Under the pieces are notes generated by a model that was given only the letters and a program-made list of their open reading frames with translations, had not been told where the DNA came from and ran no database searches. A DNA stretch of 64,000 nucleotides from a virus. The DNA lies in IMG/VR virus record IMGVR_UViG_3300045988_159775. One strand, 5' to 3'. Both the position numbers and the translations under genes were made by a program. Of this stretch, positions 62,186 through 64,000 are shown piece after piece (the first letter of the stretch is position 1; the number at the start of each line of letters is the position of its first letter).

Positions 62186-64000
62186 TTATTGACAAAATTC
62201 TTTAATAAAATTTCTATATACCACATCGCCTATCTGGAGATACCCCGAAGATGCTGGATGAACTCCATTTGTACCAATCCTTTCCTTAAAAGCGGTATTT
62301 CTCGTATTTACATATTCTTCATTGGAAGGCATATTGTATTCACTATCAAATTGAGAAGATACGTTAACGAATTCAACCCAATCTTTATAATCCGATTGAT
62401 TAGCAAAATCCTGATATACTTCATTCATATTGAATACTGTATTGATTGTTCCAAAGGTATCAGTAATGCCATTACCAATAGAACCGTAATTAGCTGCTAT
62501 CCCTCCGTTTAATGATGGAATTTGTATTCCTAAAATTTTCATTTTAGCGTTGGGGAAATCTCTATGAAGAGCGTCAGCAAATCTTTTAACTTGAGTTAAA
62601 AATGACGTCCAATCATCTTTCCAAGAAACTAAACCGTTCCAAGTTAATAACGTATATACTACATCAATTCTTCCATTGCAATATTCATTTGCATAAGGAA
62701 CAAAATCCATTTGATTAGTTTCTGTATTCCAAAGTGGATTTGCAACATCTTCTTCGAAAGAAGAATATGAAATAGTGGCGTCTCCGTTTCCACTTTTCCT
62801 TGTAAGAACTCCGGATGTTTGGGGAACGTTTGAAGAAGATGAAGTACTACATAGTATGTTTCCTACACCCTCAGTTACGTTAACTTCTATGATCTTATAT
62901 TCAAAGCCGTTATTAGTATATACGGCATCCATATTCAATTGAGTTACGCCCGAAACTTGGAAACGGAATGCTGGACGTTTAGCAGAAGTATAATCAGACC
63001 AGTTCCAACCTCCCTCACCGAAATATCCCGTAGTGTCGTTTTTTTTCTTTCCTACAAAATTTATATTGGTTAATCCCTTACCTGCCGGACTACCGCCCGT
63101 TTCAGTTAATCTTCTATGAGCTTCTCTACACCAAAACCCTCCTGATGTTAAACTATCTCCGAAACAAGCTACATTAAGTTCAGACTCAGGAGATTTTACA
63201 ACGTCCACTATTTTCAAAATAGTTTTAGAAGTAGATAAAACGTTTTTGTTATTATCTCTGACCGTCATTGTCCAATCATAATCTCCTACATCATCAGAAG
63301 TAGGCAAAATTTGAAAATAACGCGGATATTGACCGCCTTTGTTACAAGTGACGAATAAATCATAAATGTAAGGATTTACAGCGCAAACAATTCCTCTGAG
63401 GAATAACTGCAGTGTATCTCCTACTACTGCCGTTAATTCATCCGGTAGTGACACCTTTATAGAATTTTCAGAAATTGGCGTTAATCTTTGTTCAATATTT
63501 TCTATCTGTTTATCGGATAGAAAAGCCTCATTTTCATATATGCCATACCAAATATTGTTAGAGTAATACTTCGTTCCATCTCCTGAAACGTTATACATAG
63601 TAGCTTGATTTATATCGCCATTAGAAGCATATGTAAACGTTGGATACGTAGTACCATCAGCAGGCATATAAATATACGGTTCGCCCTCATAGCCATAACG
63701 AACGCAAAGTGCATCGCAAAGCCATTCAATATAAAGAAATTGTTCTTCAGTATTACTTATAGTTAATCCTAAAGGAATAATCACTTGTTGTATTTTACCC
63801 GGCGCAATATTCAATCCGGTTTTAACTGTATCCGCAAGAACAGAGCCGTTTCTATCTTTTACTCTTATTCTTACCCTGACCTTTGTAATAGGAGAAGCTG
63901 CACTAACTTGAGCTCGGATTCTTAAACCAACACAGTTAAAATTTTGAATTGGTCCTAAACCTTGCCCCCAACCTGAAAAATTTCCGGTATTGTTAAACCA
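62186..64000 (-). CDS. SGNH/GDSL-family esterase domain tail protein, partial (N-terminus beyond right edge)
   Basis: Block I VACFGDSLTSGG and block V TNGVHPASSGY. The track start at 63814 is TTG, and my hand translation shows the frame open from nt 64000 (WFNNTGNFSGWGQGLGPIQNF...), so the gene continues past the window. Confidence 0.7.
   Translation of the reverse strand, partial: WFNNTGNFSGWGQGLGPIQNFNCVGLRIRAQVSAASPITKVRVRIRVKDRNGSVLADTVKTGLNIAPGKIQQVIIPLGLTISNTEEQFLYIEWLCDALCVRYGYEGEPYIYMPADGTTYPTFTYASNGDINQATMYNVSGDGTKYYSNNIWYGIYENEAFLSDKQIENIEQRLTPISENSIKVSLPDELTAVVGDTLQLFLRGIVCAVNPYIYDLFVTCNKGGQYPRYFQILPTSDDVGDYDWTMTVRDNNKNVLSTSKTILKIVDVVKSPESELNVACFGDSLTSGGFWCREAHRRLTETGGSPAGKGLTNINFVGKKKNDTTGYFGEGGWNWSDYTSAKRPAFRFQVSGVTQLNMDAVYTNNGFEYKIIEVNVTEGVGNILCSTSSSSNVPQTSGVLTRKSGNGDATISYSSFEEDVANPLWNTETNQMDFVPYANEYCNGRIDVVYTLLTWNGLVSWKDDWTSFLTQVKRFADALHRDFPNAKMKILGIQIPSLNGGIAANYGSIGNGITDTFGTINTVFNMNEVYQDFANQSDYKDWVEFVNVSSQFDSEYNMPSNEEYVNTRNTAFKERIGTNGVHPASSGYLQIGDVVYRNFIKEFCQ

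Noticed and set aside
1-64000. Stop-codon reassignment (TAG or TGA recoding), as seen in some Bacteroidota-infecting phages.
   Set aside because: Long structural and replication ORFs are intact under the standard code. The three interrupted genes are explained by frame changes (a T7 run, a 17-bp duplication and a T4 run), not by in-frame stops.

Overview
This window reads as about 64 kb of a large tailed dsDNA phage genome or prophage. It is AT-rich and tightly packed, and every credible gene lies on the minus strand, often coupled by ATGA start/stop overlaps. A Bacteroidota host is likely, because five dispersed promoter cassettes carry the Bacteroidetes-type TTTG-N19-TAnnTTTG promoter.

In transcription order (high to low coordinates) the modules are:
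- Three enzymatic tail fibre/spike genes: an SGNH esterase and two beta-helix proteins.
- A replication block: SF2 helicase, DnaB-like helicase and DnaG-like primase.
- A nucleotide-metabolism and polymerase block: a ThyA-family enzyme, a split Pol III alpha (DnaE), a YfbR-like HD nucleotidase and a DUF1599 protein.
- A recombination block: gp32-like SSB, RecA/UvsX, Mre11/SbcD, Rad50/SbcC, RuvC and a UvrD-like helicase.
- A long run of small unknown genes, which includes an ECF sigma factor.
- Dcm methyltransferase, HU and a DEDDh exonuclease.
- The large terminase, a dUTPase fusion, a ferritin-like protein, a FEN-type 5'-3' exonuclease, an aGPT-Pplase-like protein and the portal.

Main second-look items:
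1. A scattered gene set fits hypermodified thymidine in the phage DNA, built from 5-hydroxymethyl-dU: the aGPT-Pplase-like gene, a dUMP-specific ThyA-family enzyme with hydroxymethylase-like motifs, dUTPase, dNMP nucleotidase and DUF1599. No recognisable 5-hmdU DNA kinase is present in the window.
2. Two selfish elements sit in catalytic motifs. A LAGLIDADG intein is in the TerL P-loop. A roughly 1 kb GIY-YIG element splits DnaE between FERFLN-x-R and MPDIDVDF.
3. Three genes are broken by small frame changes: the ECF sigma at a T7 run, one gene by a 17-bp tandem duplication, and one small gene at a T4 run.
4. There are five promoter/leader cassettes, and the motif AATTGTAAAA is over-represented on the coding strand.
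5. Three unusually long noncoding regions carry structured repeats.

Function calls rest on motifs I recognise by eye; no database search was run. The ORF track writes M for GTG and TTG starts, so several starts were moved to downstream ATGs.
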